NCBI GenBank assembly: GCA_051859245.1
Contig: JBHYGA010000007.1
Location: 93,741 to 157,740 of the forward strand
Direction: 5' to 3'
DNA from: Gemmatimonadaceae bacterium
GTDB lineage: Bacteria; Gemmatimonadota; Gemmatimonadetes; Gemmatimonadales; Gemmatimonadaceae
Length of the DNA stretch: 64,000 bases
This document shows positions 50,040 to 60,357 of this stretch, one piece after another. Both the position numbers and the translations under genes were made by a program. Position 1 is the first letter of the stretch. Every line of letters begins with the position of its first letter. The notes below the pieces were generated by a model, which searched no databases, was not told where the DNA came from, and worked only from the letters and a program-made list of their open reading frames with translations.

Positions 50040-51742
50040 CAGGTCAGCAGCCCCAGGCGAAAACGGTGCCACGCGCGCTCTCGCTCAATCGTATCGAGCG
50101 CCGAACGAGCGGACACGCTGAGCGCCGTCGCGTCCGGGTCGTGGCGGAGCGACGCAAGCGGATCATTGTCAGGCGCGCTCAACTTCACACCCGTGTTGAG
50201 CACGCCGTGCGGATCGGCCGCCTGTTTGATCACGCGAAACGCCGTCATGGCTTCTGGACTCCAGACAGTCGGCAACAGCGACGCACGCAGCCGTCCATCT
50301 CCGTGTTCGCCGGCCAGCGTACCGCCAAGTTTTGCGGTGAGCTCACAGACATCATCAAGTAGACCACGCACACGCACTTTCCAATCGGCACGCGTCACAT
50401 CAACGAGTGGGTTCACATGCACATGGGCATCACCGGCGTGGCCAAAAATTACGCCCAGGCATTCGGCGCGCATGAGTGCGTCGCGAACACCGCGCACGTA
50501 CGCCGGCAGCTGATCGGGCGGCACACAGCCGTCTTCAATGAACTGCATGGAACGCAGTTTTGGCGCGAGTTGCGAAAGAATCGGACTGGCGGCGTGACGC
50601 AGCGCCCACAAGCGTTTTTCCGCCGATGGATGTGACGCCGTGGTCACTTCGTACGCACCGGCCAGCGTGAACGCGCGTCCCAGCAGAATCGCCGCGTCAC
50701 GCGCACACAGTGCGTTGTCTCCTTCAACCTCAGCGAGCAGCACCGCTTCCGCCGCGCGCGGCACGCTGTTCGCCCCGTCGCGTGCGGCGACATCAAGAAA
50801 CGTGCGGTCGAGCAGTTCGCAGGCCGATGCACCAGCTTCACGTGCACGCATGGCTGCTGTTGTTGCCGCTTCGAGCGAACGAAAACTCGCCAGCACAGTG
50901 GCGGTGGCACCCGGCACTGGTGTGAGCATGAGCTCCACGGCCGTAAACACTGCCAGTGTGCCTTCGCTGCCAACCAGCAGCGCAAGCAGCGCCTCGCCCG
51001 TCGCGCTCGGATCGCGTGCGAGTACAGCGAGCGCGTTGGCGATCGCGTAGCCGGATGACTCCTTGCGCACACCCGCGTGTTGCAGCGCGCTGAGCGACAC
51101 ATTGCGTCGTGCACTATCGAGTGCATCGAGCAACGCGCGCACAATCGGAATGCGTACCGGTGCGGGTTCGCCTCGGCGTACCCAGGCGCGCGCCCCGCTC
51201 GCAAACACGCACTCGAGCCCGGACACCCACTCGCGCGTGGCGCCGTATCGCAGTGTGCGCGCGCCGGCCGCGTTCGCGCCCACCATGCCACCGATCGTAC
51301 AGAATGCGCCGCTTGAGGGATCGACCGGGAATCGTAGCCCGGCATCGCGGGCGGTGAGATCCACCGCGCCGCGCAACGCGCCGGGCTCTACGCGCACGCG
51401 CCGCGCCGCACGGTCCACCGCGTCGATCGTGGTAAGGCGCGAGAGATCGAGCACCACGCCTGGCCCAACAGCGCCCGCGGCCATGCCACTGCCCGAACCG
51501 CGTGGCATGAGAAACCAGCCGCCGAGTCGTGCGGCAACCACGAGCGTGGCCACATCGTCCGCATCAACCGGAACGGCCACAGCGGCGGGCACACACCGTG
51601 TGATGCCAGCGCCCTCGGCGTACAGTTCCCGTGCCGCCATGTCCGAACGCCAGGTGCCACGAAAACCGGCCGGCGACTCCATGGAATCGACGCCGTTCGC
51701 GGCGGTTGGGTGCGCTGTGCTGGCCACGTGAGAAACTGGCAT
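50039..51742 (-). CDS. FAD-linked oxidase (GlcD/Dld family)
   Basis: PRGSGSG, DPSS...CTIGG...NAAG, GSEGTL, GHAGD..VH, GEHGDG. Confidence 0.88.
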   Translation of the reverse strand: MPVSHVASTAHPTAANGVDSMESPAGFRGTWRSDMAARELYAEGAGITRCVPAAVAVPVDADDVATLVVAARLGGWFLMPRGSGSGMAAGAVGPGVVLDLSRLTTIDAVDRAARRVRVEPGALRGAVDLTARDAGLRFPVDPSSGAFCTIGGMVGANAAGARTLRYGATREWVSGLECVFASGARAWVRRGEPAPVRIPIVRALLDALDSARRNVSLSALQHAGVRKESSGYAIANALAVLARDPSATGEALLALLVGSEGTLAVFTAVELMLTPVPGATATVLASFRSLEAATTAAMRAREAGASACELLDRTFLDVAARDGANSVPRAAEAVLLAEVEGDNALCARDAAILLGRAFTLAGAYEVTTASHPSAEKRLWALRHAASPILSQLAPKLRSMQFIEDGCVPPDQLPAYVRGVRDALMRAECLGVIFGHAGDAHVHVNPLVDVTRADWKVRVRGLLDDVCELTAKLGGTLAGEHGDGRLRASLLPTVWSPEAMTAFRVIKQAADPHGVLNTGVKLSAPDNDPLASLRHDPDATALSVSARSALDTIERERAWHRFRLGLLT

Positions 51743-51862
51743 CCCGCAGTCTGCGCGTTGGCTCGAGCGGAGACAACCCTCAGGAGGTGACCGAACGGTG
51801 GAAACGTTCGTATCTTTGGTGTCGCCGTCGACTCAACCCCAGCAGAGTCGCCTGCGCCTCAC

Positions 51863-52954
51863 GTGCCCCGACCCCAACGCCCCGTGACCCTGCATTCGTC
51901 GCTCGATCCCAGTATTGCTGTCGCCGTCGCGCAGCGTGACGCGCGTCGTTTCTGCGAAGGGATCCTGCCGGCCGTTTCGCGCACCTTCGCGCTGGGCATT
52001 CGCGTGCTGCCGGGTGACCTGGGGCAGGCGGTGCTCGACGCCTACCTGCTGTGCCGCATCGCCGATACGGTGGAAGACGCACCGGGTCACACGCCGGAAG
52101 AAAAGGCGGTGCTCTTTCGCGAACTGCTGGCCGGGTTTGATGATCCAACCGCGGTTGCGCGATTCATGTCTGGCGCGCAAGCCCTCACGGGCGAGCCCGC
52201 GCATCTCGCGCTGGTGCACCACGCCGATCTGGTGTTCACACACTTTGCACGTTTGCCGCAGAAAACGCGCGGTGTGGTGCGCACGTGGGTCACGGAAATG
52301 GTGGTGGGGATGGACAAGTTCGTGCATCGCTATCCCGACGGCATTCGCATTCAAACGCTCGAGGAATACAAAGAGTACTGCTACTACGTGGCAGGTACGG
52401 TGGGCTACATGCTCACCGATTTGTGGTTCGAGCACGCACCGAGCATTGGTAAGAAGCGCTACGAAGTGCTCCGCGAACGGTGTCGCGCGTTTGCCGAGGC
52501 GTTGCAAACGGTGAACATCCTGAAAGACGTGGCCGTTGACGCCGAGAAGGAGAACTCGATCTACGTGCCGGAAGAATTGCTGCGCGCTCATGGCAGTACG
52601 CAGGGGCGCATTCTCGCACCGGATCTGGTGAGCACCAATCGCGAAGCGCTCGGCCGTTTGATCGATCTCGCGTGGCACGATCTCGATGAAGCGCGCACGT
52701 ACCTGTTGTTGATTCCGCGACGCGCCGTTTCCATTCGTTTGTTCTGTCTGCTGCCGCTGCTGTTTGCCTACGCAACCATGCGTGATCTGGTGCAGAGCAC
52801 GGCCATGCTGCGCCCCGGCGGCACGGTGAAGATCTCGCGTCGCGAAGTGAAATCGCTGTTGATGGCGGGGCCGATGCTCGTGATGAGCAACTCCGCCGTG
52901 CGCAAACTTGTGGAGCGAGTTCGCAGGCGCGCGTTCGAACTGGCGTTCGCGTAA
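51863..52954 (+). CDS. Squalene/phytoene synthase family protein
   Basis: VSRTFA, YLLCRIADTVED, YCYYVAGTVG, LQTVNILKD. Confidence 0.9.
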   Translation: MPRPQRPVTLHSSLDPSIAVAVAQRDARRFCEGILPAVSRTFALGIRVLPGDLGQAVLDAYLLCRIADTVEDAPGHTPEEKAVLFRELLAGFDDPTAVARFMSGAQALTGEPAHLALVHHADLVFTHFARLPQKTRGVVRTWVTEMVVGMDKFVHRYPDGIRIQTLEEYKEYCYYVAGTVGYMLTDLWFEHAPSIGKKRYEVLRERCRAFAEALQTVNILKDVAVDAEKENSIYVPEELLRAHGSTQGRILAPDLVSTNREALGRLIDLAWHDLDEARTYLLLIPRRAVSIRLFCLLPLLFAYATMRDLVQSTAMLRPGGTVKISRREVKSLLMAGPMLVMSNSAVRKLVERVRRRAFELAFA

Positions 52955-53004
52955 CACGCGAAACACGCGTACCACGCGTACCGCGCGCGTCGATTCCCGC
53001 GGCG

Positions 53005-53901
53005 TTACTTCTTGAGCAGCCCCGGCGGTAGCAACGTCTCGCGCAACTGTTCCAGCAGCGTAGGCGGTGATCCGGCGTCACCATGCTCCAACGCATCAAG
53101 CATTTGCTCAAGCCGCAGTTGCGTGCGCGCGACCGCTTCCTGAAACGATCGTTTGATCGAACCCCAGATCAATCGGCTCAGGCCCGCTTGCACGCCGAGG
53201 GCGACCAATCCGCCCGCTGCGAGCGGCGCCACGGCGAGATCTGAACCAGTGACCGCCGCGAGCACCACGATCGGAGTCATCCAGGCAGCCGCAACCACGC
53301 CGTTCACCACGCCGAGCACAACGACGCCATCACGCTGCGACTTCCGGTGCAGTCGCAGATCGGCATCGAGCCGCACCAGCGAGCGCGCACCATCGACGTC
53401 GGTCACCACCGCCGACACTTCGTCCGCCTTGGTAAGGCTTGAACTCCGTCCGTTGAGCCCCAGCTGAATCTGGGCGAACGCGCCACGCTTGCGCTCCCAC
53501 GACACGCGCCCGCCGAAACGTCGCTTGATCGCAAAGCCTTCTTCACGCTGCATCCACTTGTCGAGCGCGGCGAGCACTTTATCAGGCGAACCGGGCACCG
53601 CGCGCTGCGCACCCGTGGTGGCCTCGCCCAAGGCAAGCGCAATACGACCGGGCTCTTCAGGCAACATCGGTGAGCGGCCGCGTTCTTCGGCGATTGCGAG
53701 TCGCAAATGGTCGGGATCAATACCGACTTCGCGACCGATCTCCAGCAGGCTCGCCTCGCTGATCACCTCCACCGATTCGCCTCGGGTGGCCTGCAGTTCA
53801 GCGGCGCGCGCCAGCACGCGCTCAAGCGCCGCACGAGGGAGCTGGGCGTCGCGGGTGGTGACGTCGGTAGACGGAGAGCGAGGAGTTGGGTCGTTGGCCA
53901 T
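53005..53901 (-). CDS. Membrane hypothetical protein
   Basis: LERVLARAAELQ...EIGREVGI N-domain, two TM helices. Confidence 0.7.
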   Translation of the reverse strand: MANDPTPRSPSTDVTTRDAQLPRAALERVLARAAELQATRGESVEVISEASLLEIGREVGIDPDHLRLAIAEERGRSPMLPEEPGRIALALGEATTGAQRAVPGSPDKVLAALDKWMQREEGFAIKRRFGGRVSWERKRGAFAQIQLGLNGRSSSLTKADEVSAVVTDVDGARSLVRLDADLRLHRKSQRDGVVVLGVVNGVVAAAWMTPIVVLAAVTGSDLAVAPLAAGGLVALGVQAGLSRLIWGSIKRSFQEAVARTQLRLEQMLDALEHGDAGSPPTLLEQLRETLLPPGLLKK

Positions 53902-53946
53902 GTGATCTACTACGGAAGAACCCACGTGATCGTGTCGGGCGTCACG

Positions 53947-55056
53947 CTAAATGCCGCCCAACGCAATCTCGATCTGGCGCTTGATGCCATCCACGACCGC
54001 CGTTGGCAGCGGAAATGCCGACGCAAGCGCGGCTGATCGCTGCGCGGCCGTGTCGAGCGCGCCCGCACGCTTGCCGCTTTGCGCGAGGTAATAACGCACA
54101 TACTCGGTCACCAGTTCAGGCGCAATATTCTCCAGCAACAACGCGCCGCCGCGCACCTGCGCGAATGCCACCATCGTGCTGGCAGACCCCGTGCGCTTTT
54201 CGGCCGGGGTAGTGTTGTCGTTCACCGCCGTACCGGCAATGCTCCCGACCACCTCGTGCGCGAACACCAGGATCGACTCGCGCGCATCGGCCGTACGTCC
54301 GGGCATTGGCACGGCCACCACCTTGAGCCCGGCGGCAGCGCCGTCCGCCGCACGTCCTTCCGGACCAAGTGGCAACGACACCACGAACTCGCCGTTGCGC
54401 TGTTGTGTGCTGTTCAGGAAGCGCTCGAAGCGCGACTTGTACTGTCCATCCCACAACGACGTGACTTGCACAAGCACCGTGTTGCGCTCGCGCATGGTGG
54501 TGTTCCAGTAGTTCGTGTAGAAGTTCTTGCGTTCGTCGGTCAAGCCATCAAAGAACTTGCGCAGCCACGTGCGGTCGGCGGGCGTTGGAAACTGCGCGCC
54601 CAGAAAGCCAATGATCGCGGCCGATTGCTGATCGGTGGCGCGCTGCGCGTTCCCTTCGGCGCGCAAGAACACCTCAATCGATTGTGCGAGCGCGTCCCAC
54701 GTGGGGAACGAGAACACCAGAAACTGCGTGTTCTGCAGCGCCGGCGTACTGGCCAGTCGTGTGGCGAGTTCCTGTCGGTTTGCGTCGAGCGTCGTGAAGG
54801 CATTCGCACGATTTTTGATCACCGTCATCGAATCGCGATAGCCGCGACGAAACAACGGCACCTGCGAGGTATCGTTGCTGATCATGGCAAACCCGTGTAA
54901 CCACGTGTCCACGTGCTCCTGCGTCTTCACAGGCCATCGCGCGCCTTCCGTGGGCGACGGGAGCACATCGGGCGTGGCGCTGGACGGCACACAGGCCACG
55001 GCGGCGAGCAGGGCGGAGCCGCTCACGAGGAGCGAAAGCAGACGAGTTGGGCGCAT
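53947..55056 (-). CDS. Hypothetical lipoprotein
   Basis: Lipobox AVAC after ATG 55056; FAHE motif. Confidence 0.72.
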   Translation of the reverse strand: MRPTRLLSLLVSGSALLAAVACVPSSATPDVLPSPTEGARWPVKTQEHVDTWLHGFAMISNDTSQVPLFRRGYRDSMTVIKNRANAFTTLDANRQELATRLASTPALQNTQFLVFSFPTWDALAQSIEVFLRAEGNAQRATDQQSAAIIGFLGAQFPTPADRTWLRKFFDGLTDERKNFYTNYWNTTMRERNTVLVQVTSLWDGQYKSRFERFLNSTQQRNGEFVVSLPLGPEGRAADGAAAGLKVVAVPMPGRTADARESILVFAHEVVGSIAGTAVNDNTTPAEKRTGSASTMVAFAQVRGGALLLENIAPELVTEYVRYYLAQSGKRAGALDTAAQRSAALASAFPLPTAVVDGIKRQIEIALGGI

Positions 55057-55142
55057 CTTGAAGAATACCCCGGAATGGCCCCGAGAGTCGATCGTCCGGG
55101 CGGGATAGCCAGCGGCGAAGGCCCGAAGCGAACGCCGAGCGT

Positions 55143-56234
55143 CTAGGCTTGATCCGGCAGCAGGTGCGCGGTGCGAAGGTGACGCACGACATAATCCGTG
55201 ACGGCCCCGGTGCTCGCGCGCCCGCCAAGGTCCGGCGTTGTCACCTGCGCGTTGAGCGAGGCCATCACGGCCGCATCGACCATGGCCGCCGCGGCGCGAT
55301 GGCCGCACGTATCCAGCAGCAGCGACGCCGCACGAATCGCCGCCAACGGATTGGCCCGCCCTGTGCCCACCAGATCCGGCGCGCTGCCGTGCACCGGTTC
55401 AAAGAGCGAGCAGCGTCCAGGGTGCATGTTGGCACTCGCCGCGAGGCCCAGCCCGCCCACAAGACCAGCGGTGAGATCACTCAGAATCTCGCCGAACAAG
55501 TTCGTGGTGACGAGCACATCAAGACGCTCGGGTGCGCGCACCAGATCGTGCGCGACGGTATCAACAAGACGCACATCATGCGCAATGTCGGGGTAGTCCA
55601 CGGCCACCGTATGAAACGCGTGTCTCCACAACCGATGCGCCGGCACGAGATTCGTTTTGTCCACGAGCGTCACACGTCGACGTCCGCGCAACCGCGCCCA
55701 CGCAAACGCAAAGCGAATTAATCGCGAGACGAGATGCGGGGTGTGCCATTCCTCCGTGACGTGGGCGTCTTCGTCATCGGTGACACGCACGCGCCGATCA
55801 CGATCGGGGTGAAAGCCTTCAAGGTTTTCACTGATCACGGCAATGTCCACGCGCGCGCGTCCACCTTGCACCGACGCTAGCGGCGAAAGCGCGGGCAACA
55901 GCTGCTGCGCGGGACGCAGGTTGGCGTACAGATCGAGCTGCACAAACAACGCATGCCGGATCTGTCGCACATGCTCGTGATCACGAACGCGCGGATCGCC
56001 GAGTGCGCCGAGCAACAGCGCGTCGAACGAGCGCATGAGTCGCTGTGGCTCTCCCGACGGCATGCCCTGACCCGTGGCCAGATACCACGCCGCGCCGTAG
56101 GGCAGCGCTTCGATCTCGAGCGGAATGTCGTAGCGATCGCACACGGTACGCAGCGCTGCAACGGCAGAGTGCGTGACTTCAGGGCCGATTCCATCTCCGG
56201 CCAAGGTGGCGATGCGAAGCGGGGCCCGACTCAC
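55143..56234 (-). CDS. Isocitrate/isopropylmalate/tartrate dehydrogenase family protein (divergent)
   Basis: GDGIGPEV, NLRP, DKTN, NLFGEILSD, FEPVHGSAPD..G...ANP, TPDLGG. Confidence 0.88.
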   Translation of the reverse strand: MSRAPLRIATLAGDGIGPEVTHSAVAALRTVCDRYDIPLEIEALPYGAAWYLATGQGMPSGEPQRLMRSFDALLLGALGDPRVRDHEHVRQIRHALFVQLDLYANLRPAQQLLPALSPLASVQGGRARVDIAVISENLEGFHPDRDRRVRVTDDEDAHVTEEWHTPHLVSRLIRFAFAWARLRGRRRVTLVDKTNLVPAHRLWRHAFHTVAVDYPDIAHDVRLVDTVAHDLVRAPERLDVLVTTNLFGEILSDLTAGLVGGLGLAASANMHPGRCSLFEPVHGSAPDLVGTGRANPLAAIRAASLLLDTCGHRAAAAMVDAAVMASLNAQVTTPDLGGRASTGAVTDYVVRHLRTAHLLPDQA

Positions 56235-56959
56235 GTTGAGCGCCGCAGGCCGGCGCTCAGTTCAGGGAACTCCACACCGGCATCAACCGCGGCACTCGCC
56301 GATAGCGGCGGGTCCGCGCTGTCTGATCGTGCATCGCCGTCGTCGGCTTGTCGTCCACACGTCACGCAAAACCGCCAGGAACGTTCGAGTTCGGTGCTAC
56401 AGGCCGGACAATGTCGTACCGTAAGGTCGAGTCCACAATACGGACAGTAGGTGATTGATCGTCCGTTTGGGAGGGTGCCGCCACAAAAATGGCAGTCACA
56501 GTGATTCGCGTCACTTGCCACATCCACGCGGCTGTCGAACAGGCTATCAGCGGCAGGTGCCGGTGCGCTCACCGCTGGCTGCGACGGCGAGATGGCGCGT
56601 TCATTGGCGCCGGTGGTTCGCTCGTTGCCGATCGAGAACGCCGGATTACGCAGGGTGAGCGTGCTGCGCGCCCAGGTGCGTACAATCGACACCGTGGGCG
56701 ACGCCATTTGCAGCGCTCGTCGACACGCTTCCTGAAGCTCCGGCTCGGCGGCCAGATACCCGCGCTCGCCGGCGAGCAGACGTAGCACCGTGAGCTCGTA
56801 ACCATCTGGACCGGCCGAGGCCATTTCCCGCCGCGCTTCCGGGTACGGCGCAAGACGCTCTTCCAGATCGGAGAGCGTGAAGCCGTGCTCCATCAAATGC
56901 GGGTACGTGGTGCGCACCGTGCGCGCCACGCGAAAGGCCAGGCGGTCGAGATCGTCCAT
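56231..56959 (-). CDS. Zinc-ribbon domain protein
   Basis: CHFC, CPYC, CPAC, CVTC. Confidence 0.8.
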   Translation of the reverse strand: MDDLDRLAFRVARTVRTTYPHLMEHGFTLSDLEERLAPYPEARREMASAGPDGYELTVLRLLAGERGYLAAEPELQEACRRALQMASPTVSIVRTWARSTLTLRNPAFSIGNERTTGANERAISPSQPAVSAPAPAADSLFDSRVDVASDANHCDCHFCGGTLPNGRSITYCPYCGLDLTVRHCPACSTELERSWRFCVTCGRQADDGDARSDSADPPLSASAAVDAGVEFPELSAGLRRST

Positions 56960-56980
56960 GATCTTGAGAGACGCGAACTG

Positions 56981-57163
56981 CTAGTTGCCGACCGACTTGG
57001 CCAACTTTGCGTCCACGTCGTTGCCCACCAGATCGCGATTGCTGCCGCCGATCTGGTCTACAACGCGCTCGTAGATGCGCTTCTCGTTTACCTGGGCGTC
57101 CTTCCAGCCGTAGCCGTAGCCGATCGCTACGCCCACCGTGAGGACCAAGAGAATCTTGAACAT
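56981..57163 (-). CDS. Small membrane protein
   Basis: 60 aa with N-terminal TM helix; co-directional with neighbours. Confidence 0.65.
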   Translation of the reverse strand: MFKILLVLTVGVAIGYGYGWKDAQVNEKRIYERVVDQIGGSNRDLVGNDVDAKLAKSVGN

Positions 57164-57264
57164 GGAGAGGACAGGGAAGATCGCCAGCGGAATGCCGGCG
57201 AGGTATCACTGTAATTCGACGCTCAATGATCCACAGGCGTCACGCGGGAAGCCTGCCCGCAGCG

Positions 57265-57867
57265 TTACAGGGCTGGCGCCGGGCGAAACGATTCGGCGTT
57301 CGGGAAGGGGTCGGGGGCGCCGGTGCTGCCCACCTTCTGTACGCTGACCCACTCGTCAAACGCCGACGCGACCAGCTTGGCATTGGAGCTGTCCTGCTCC
57401 GCTGCCGCACGCGTGGCCAGATGGTTCGCGTATTCGTTTTGCGCGTGTCCGTTGTGACCACGCACCCAACGCCACTCCACTTCGTGATCGCGCAGCGACG
57501 CCACCGCGGCTTGCCAAAGTTCAAGATTCTCCACCGCGCCGCCTTTCCGCGTCCATCCACGCGCCCGCCAACCACGCACCCACTGGGTCATGCCGTCTAC
57601 GATGTAGCGCGAGTCGGTGGTGAACCGCACACTCAGCGTATTGCCTTTGCGCGAGATCGCATCGAAGGTGTCGATCACTGACCGCAGCGCCATGCGATTG
57701 TTGGTCGTGTTCGCTTCCGACAACCACAGATCAAATCGGTGAACGGCGCCGTCACGCGCGGCGTATTCAATGAGCGCGCCTGCACCGCCGGGTGTGTCGC
57801 CGGCCTTGCCATTCCCGAGGCACGATTCATCAGCGTAAATGGCGACGAGCGGATAACGCGCGCTCAT
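57265..57867 (-). CDS. rnhA: Ribonuclease HI
   Basis: YADESCLGN, TTNNRM, TDSRY, W...GW, VENLELW, WVRGHNGH..NE. Confidence 0.88.
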   Translation of the reverse strand: MSARYPLVAIYADESCLGNGKAGDTPGGAGALIEYAARDGAVHRFDLWLSEANTTNNRMALRSVIDTFDAISRKGNTLSVRFTTDSRYIVDGMTQWVRGWRARGWTRKGGAVENLELWQAAVASLRDHEVEWRWVRGHNGHAQNEYANHLATRAAAEQDSSNAKLVASAFDEWVSVQKVGSTGAPDPFPNAESFRPAPAL

Positions 57868-57904
57868 GCCGCGAACGCCGAAGCAACGGGCGCGAGACGT
57901 GGCT

Positions 57905-58123
57905 TCATCGCACGGCCTCAAGCGCGTCAAGCGCATCCAGCTGAAACACGAGTCTGTCACCCGTTGTGGGGTGGCGTGTGATCAACTGTTCGCGCCCGCC
58001 TTCAAACGTGAGACGTTCAGGTACCACCACGTATTCGTGCTGGCGACGACGCACCACGATACGGCTTCCGCGCTCAATGGCGCGCTCGAGAATGTCGTAC
58101 TGCGCAACGGTGAGACGGGGCAT
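57905..58123 (-). CDS. Small hypothetical protein
   Basis: MPRLTVAQYDILERAI...RHPTTG; fills the gap between neighbouring genes. Confidence 0.65.
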   Translation of the reverse strand: MPRLTVAQYDILERAIERGSRIVVRRRQHEYVVVPERLTFEGGREQLITRHPTTGDRLVFQLDALDALEAVR

Positions 58124-58145
58124 CGAATCGGTGCGAAAGTGAGAA

Positions 58146-59315
58146 TCACAAACTAGTCGTGTCACGTCCCCACGCGGCACACACCCTCTCGAGCACATCC
58201 GCGGCCAATACCAACTCGGCCTCGTCGACCCATTCTTCCGCGCCGTGTGCACGCGCAATGTCGCCCGGACCAAAACAGACGGCGGGAATGCCGGCGGCCG
58301 TAAAGAGTGCGGCATCTGTCCAGCACGACAAGCCATCAATGCGTGGTGTGTACTGATGCGCCGACAGCGCCTGCATGAGTTCGCGCACCACGGGCGCACT
58401 CTCGGGCACATCATTGGGTGGCTGCACCGTGTGACGCACAAAATCCGCGCGAAACGACGGATGATGTTTGGCGACGGCATCGAACAACGACCGCAGTTCG
58501 GACTCCACCTGTTCAATGGACTCACCCGGCACCGTACGACGTTCCAGTTGCAGCGTGCACTGCTCCGGATACGTTGACCAACCGGTGCCGCCCGCAATCG
58601 TTGATGCATGCATGGACGCGTGACCGAGCAACTCGTGCGTGCGCGTTTGCAACGTGTCGCGTTCGTAGCGCACCATTTCCGCGAGCACGAGTCCGGCGTG
58701 TGCAATCGCATCAATGCCAACGTCAGGTCGACTGCCGTGCGCTGCGTGCCCGTGCACGGTTACGTCGAACCAGGCGAATCCCTTGTGGGCCGGACACACG
58801 GCCATGCGCGTGGGTTCCGTGATAATCGCGGCCGTCGCGTGCACACCACGCGCGAGCAGTGCCGAGGTGCCAATGCTGCGATACTCTTCGTCGGCGACAG
58901 CGGCAATAATCATTTCACTCGCGAGTGCACCGCGTGCGGCCGCACGCGCGGCGGCCACACACATGGCCGCAACACCGCCCTTCATGTCCGTGGCGCCGCG
59001 ACCGTACAGCCGTCCGTCACGTCGTGTGGGCACAAACGGCTCGTGCACCATGCCTTCGGTGCCTACGACGTCGAGATGACCATTCAGCAGCAGTGGCGAA
59101 CGACCAGTGGGCCCAATGCGCGCGATCACGTTAAAGCGATCCGGCGCGATTTCATCAAGCGATACGGCAAAACCCCACCCAGACAGAATCTCGGCGAGAC
59201 GCGACGCGACGGCCGCTTCGCCTGGCGCGCCGGGCACGAGGTCCGGATTGCGCGAGTCGATCGCGACCAGTGCTTCGGTTAACGCGATAGGATCGAGTGG
59301 AAATCGGGAGGACAT
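58146..59315 (-). CDS. ArgE/DapE family M20A deacylase
   Basis: NGHLDVV, GRGATDMKGG, ADEE, TEPT, HKG, FGPG...AH. Confidence 0.9.
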   Translation of the reverse strand: MSSRFPLDPIALTEALVAIDSRNPDLVPGAPGEAAVASRLAEILSGWGFAVSLDEIAPDRFNVIARIGPTGRSPLLLNGHLDVVGTEGMVHEPFVPTRRDGRLYGRGATDMKGGVAAMCVAAARAAARGALASEMIIAAVADEEYRSIGTSALLARGVHATAAIITEPTRMAVCPAHKGFAWFDVTVHGHAAHGSRPDVGIDAIAHAGLVLAEMVRYERDTLQTRTHELLGHASMHASTIAGGTGWSTYPEQCTLQLERRTVPGESIEQVESELRSLFDAVAKHHPSFRADFVRHTVQPPNDVPESAPVVRELMQALSAHQYTPRIDGLSCWTDAALFTAAGIPAVCFGPGDIARAHGAEEWVDEAELVLAADVLERVCAAWGRDTTSL

Positions 59316-59399
59316 ATCCCTGATGATAGCACCGCTGCAGCGCCGCGCGAGCCTCACGCACACACAAATCAGCCGCGCGCGGCCAACGGTGTGACGCCG

Positions 59400-60350
59400 T
59401 TACCCGATTTCCTGCACGTGCACCCCGTGCGTGGCAATACGAAACGGCAGCGTCTCGCCCAATCCTGCAATGGCACGCGTGACATCAGGCACACGATCGC
59501 GCGCGCACACGATGAGCACACAGCCGCCGCCGGAAGCGCCGAGCGGTTTCGCGCCGAGCGCGCCCGCACTTAGCGCACGACTGATCAGTGTATCAATGCG
59601 CGGTGTGGTGATCCCGGCGTGCAACGAACGCTGATGCATCCAATGTTCACCCACGAGTGCACCAAGCGATTCGAGATCCGCGTGTACCAGTGCGGTGGCC
59701 ATCAGTTGCGCCAGCGACGCCATGCGATCGAGCGACAGCACCACGTGTGGATCACGGGCCAGATAGGCATCGAGCACGGCCCGAATGGTGGTGCCGGAAA
59801 TCCGCGATTCACCGGTGTACACGACGAGACAGCGTGCCTCGAGGTCGGCGCGTGTGTGATCGCTGAGTGCAATGGGTGTGACGTCAACGCGCTCGCCAAA
59901 TCGCAGGGCGAGCGCGCCGCCAAAGGCCGCCGCGTAGTGGTCTTGCCGACCGCCTGCGATGCCCAGTTCCTGGACCTCAACCTCGCGACTCGATTCGCAG
60001 AGCTGCTCGAGCGAGAGCGCACGATGCTGCCACGCGGCGAGACCGGCAGCAAGTGCGACGCCCGCCGCTGATGAGCCACCGAGGCCGGCGCCTACCGGGA
60101 AGTCACTTTCTAGCGTGACCTGCAGCTGGTGGGCGCCGGCGCGGCGTAACGCAGCGCGAACCAGCTCCGATGTGTGCTCGGGCGTTTGGCCCGGTGCGCA
60201 CTCCCGAAGGCTGATAGTTGCGCGTCGCTCAATGGCAATCGCGCAAACAAAACCGCCTCGCTCCTGGGGATATGGCGGGACATCAGTCCAGCCACCTCCA
60301 AAGTCGAGGCGGGTCGGGGCGCTCGCGAGCAGCGCCAGCGGAGCAGACAC
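59400..60350 (-). CDS. GHMP kinase (HddA/fucokinase-like)
   Basis: APTRLDFGGGWTD, P.GAGLGGSS, GGRQD, K..GASGGG. Confidence 0.88.
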   Translation of the reverse strand: MSAPLALLASAPTRLDFGGGWTDVPPYPQERGGFVCAIAIERRATISLRECAPGQTPEHTSELVRAALRRAGAHQLQVTLESDFPVGAGLGGSSAAGVALAAGLAAWQHRALSLEQLCESSREVEVQELGIAGGRQDHYAAAFGGALALRFGERVDVTPIALSDHTRADLEARCLVVYTGESRISGTTIRAVLDAYLARDPHVVLSLDRMASLAQLMATALVHADLESLGALVGEHWMHQRSLHAGITTPRIDTLISRALSAGALGAKPLGASGGGCVLIVCARDRVPDVTRAIAGLGETLPFRIATHGVHVQEIG

Positions 60351-60357
60351 GAACGGC

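Noticed and set aside
51863..52954. Carotenoid or hopanoid biosynthetic cluster
   Set aside because: Only a lone synthase; no desaturase or cyclase is adjacent.
52953..52990. Short ~9-nt CACGCG periodic repeat between convergent genes
   Set aside because: Only 3-4 degenerate units; no evidence of function.
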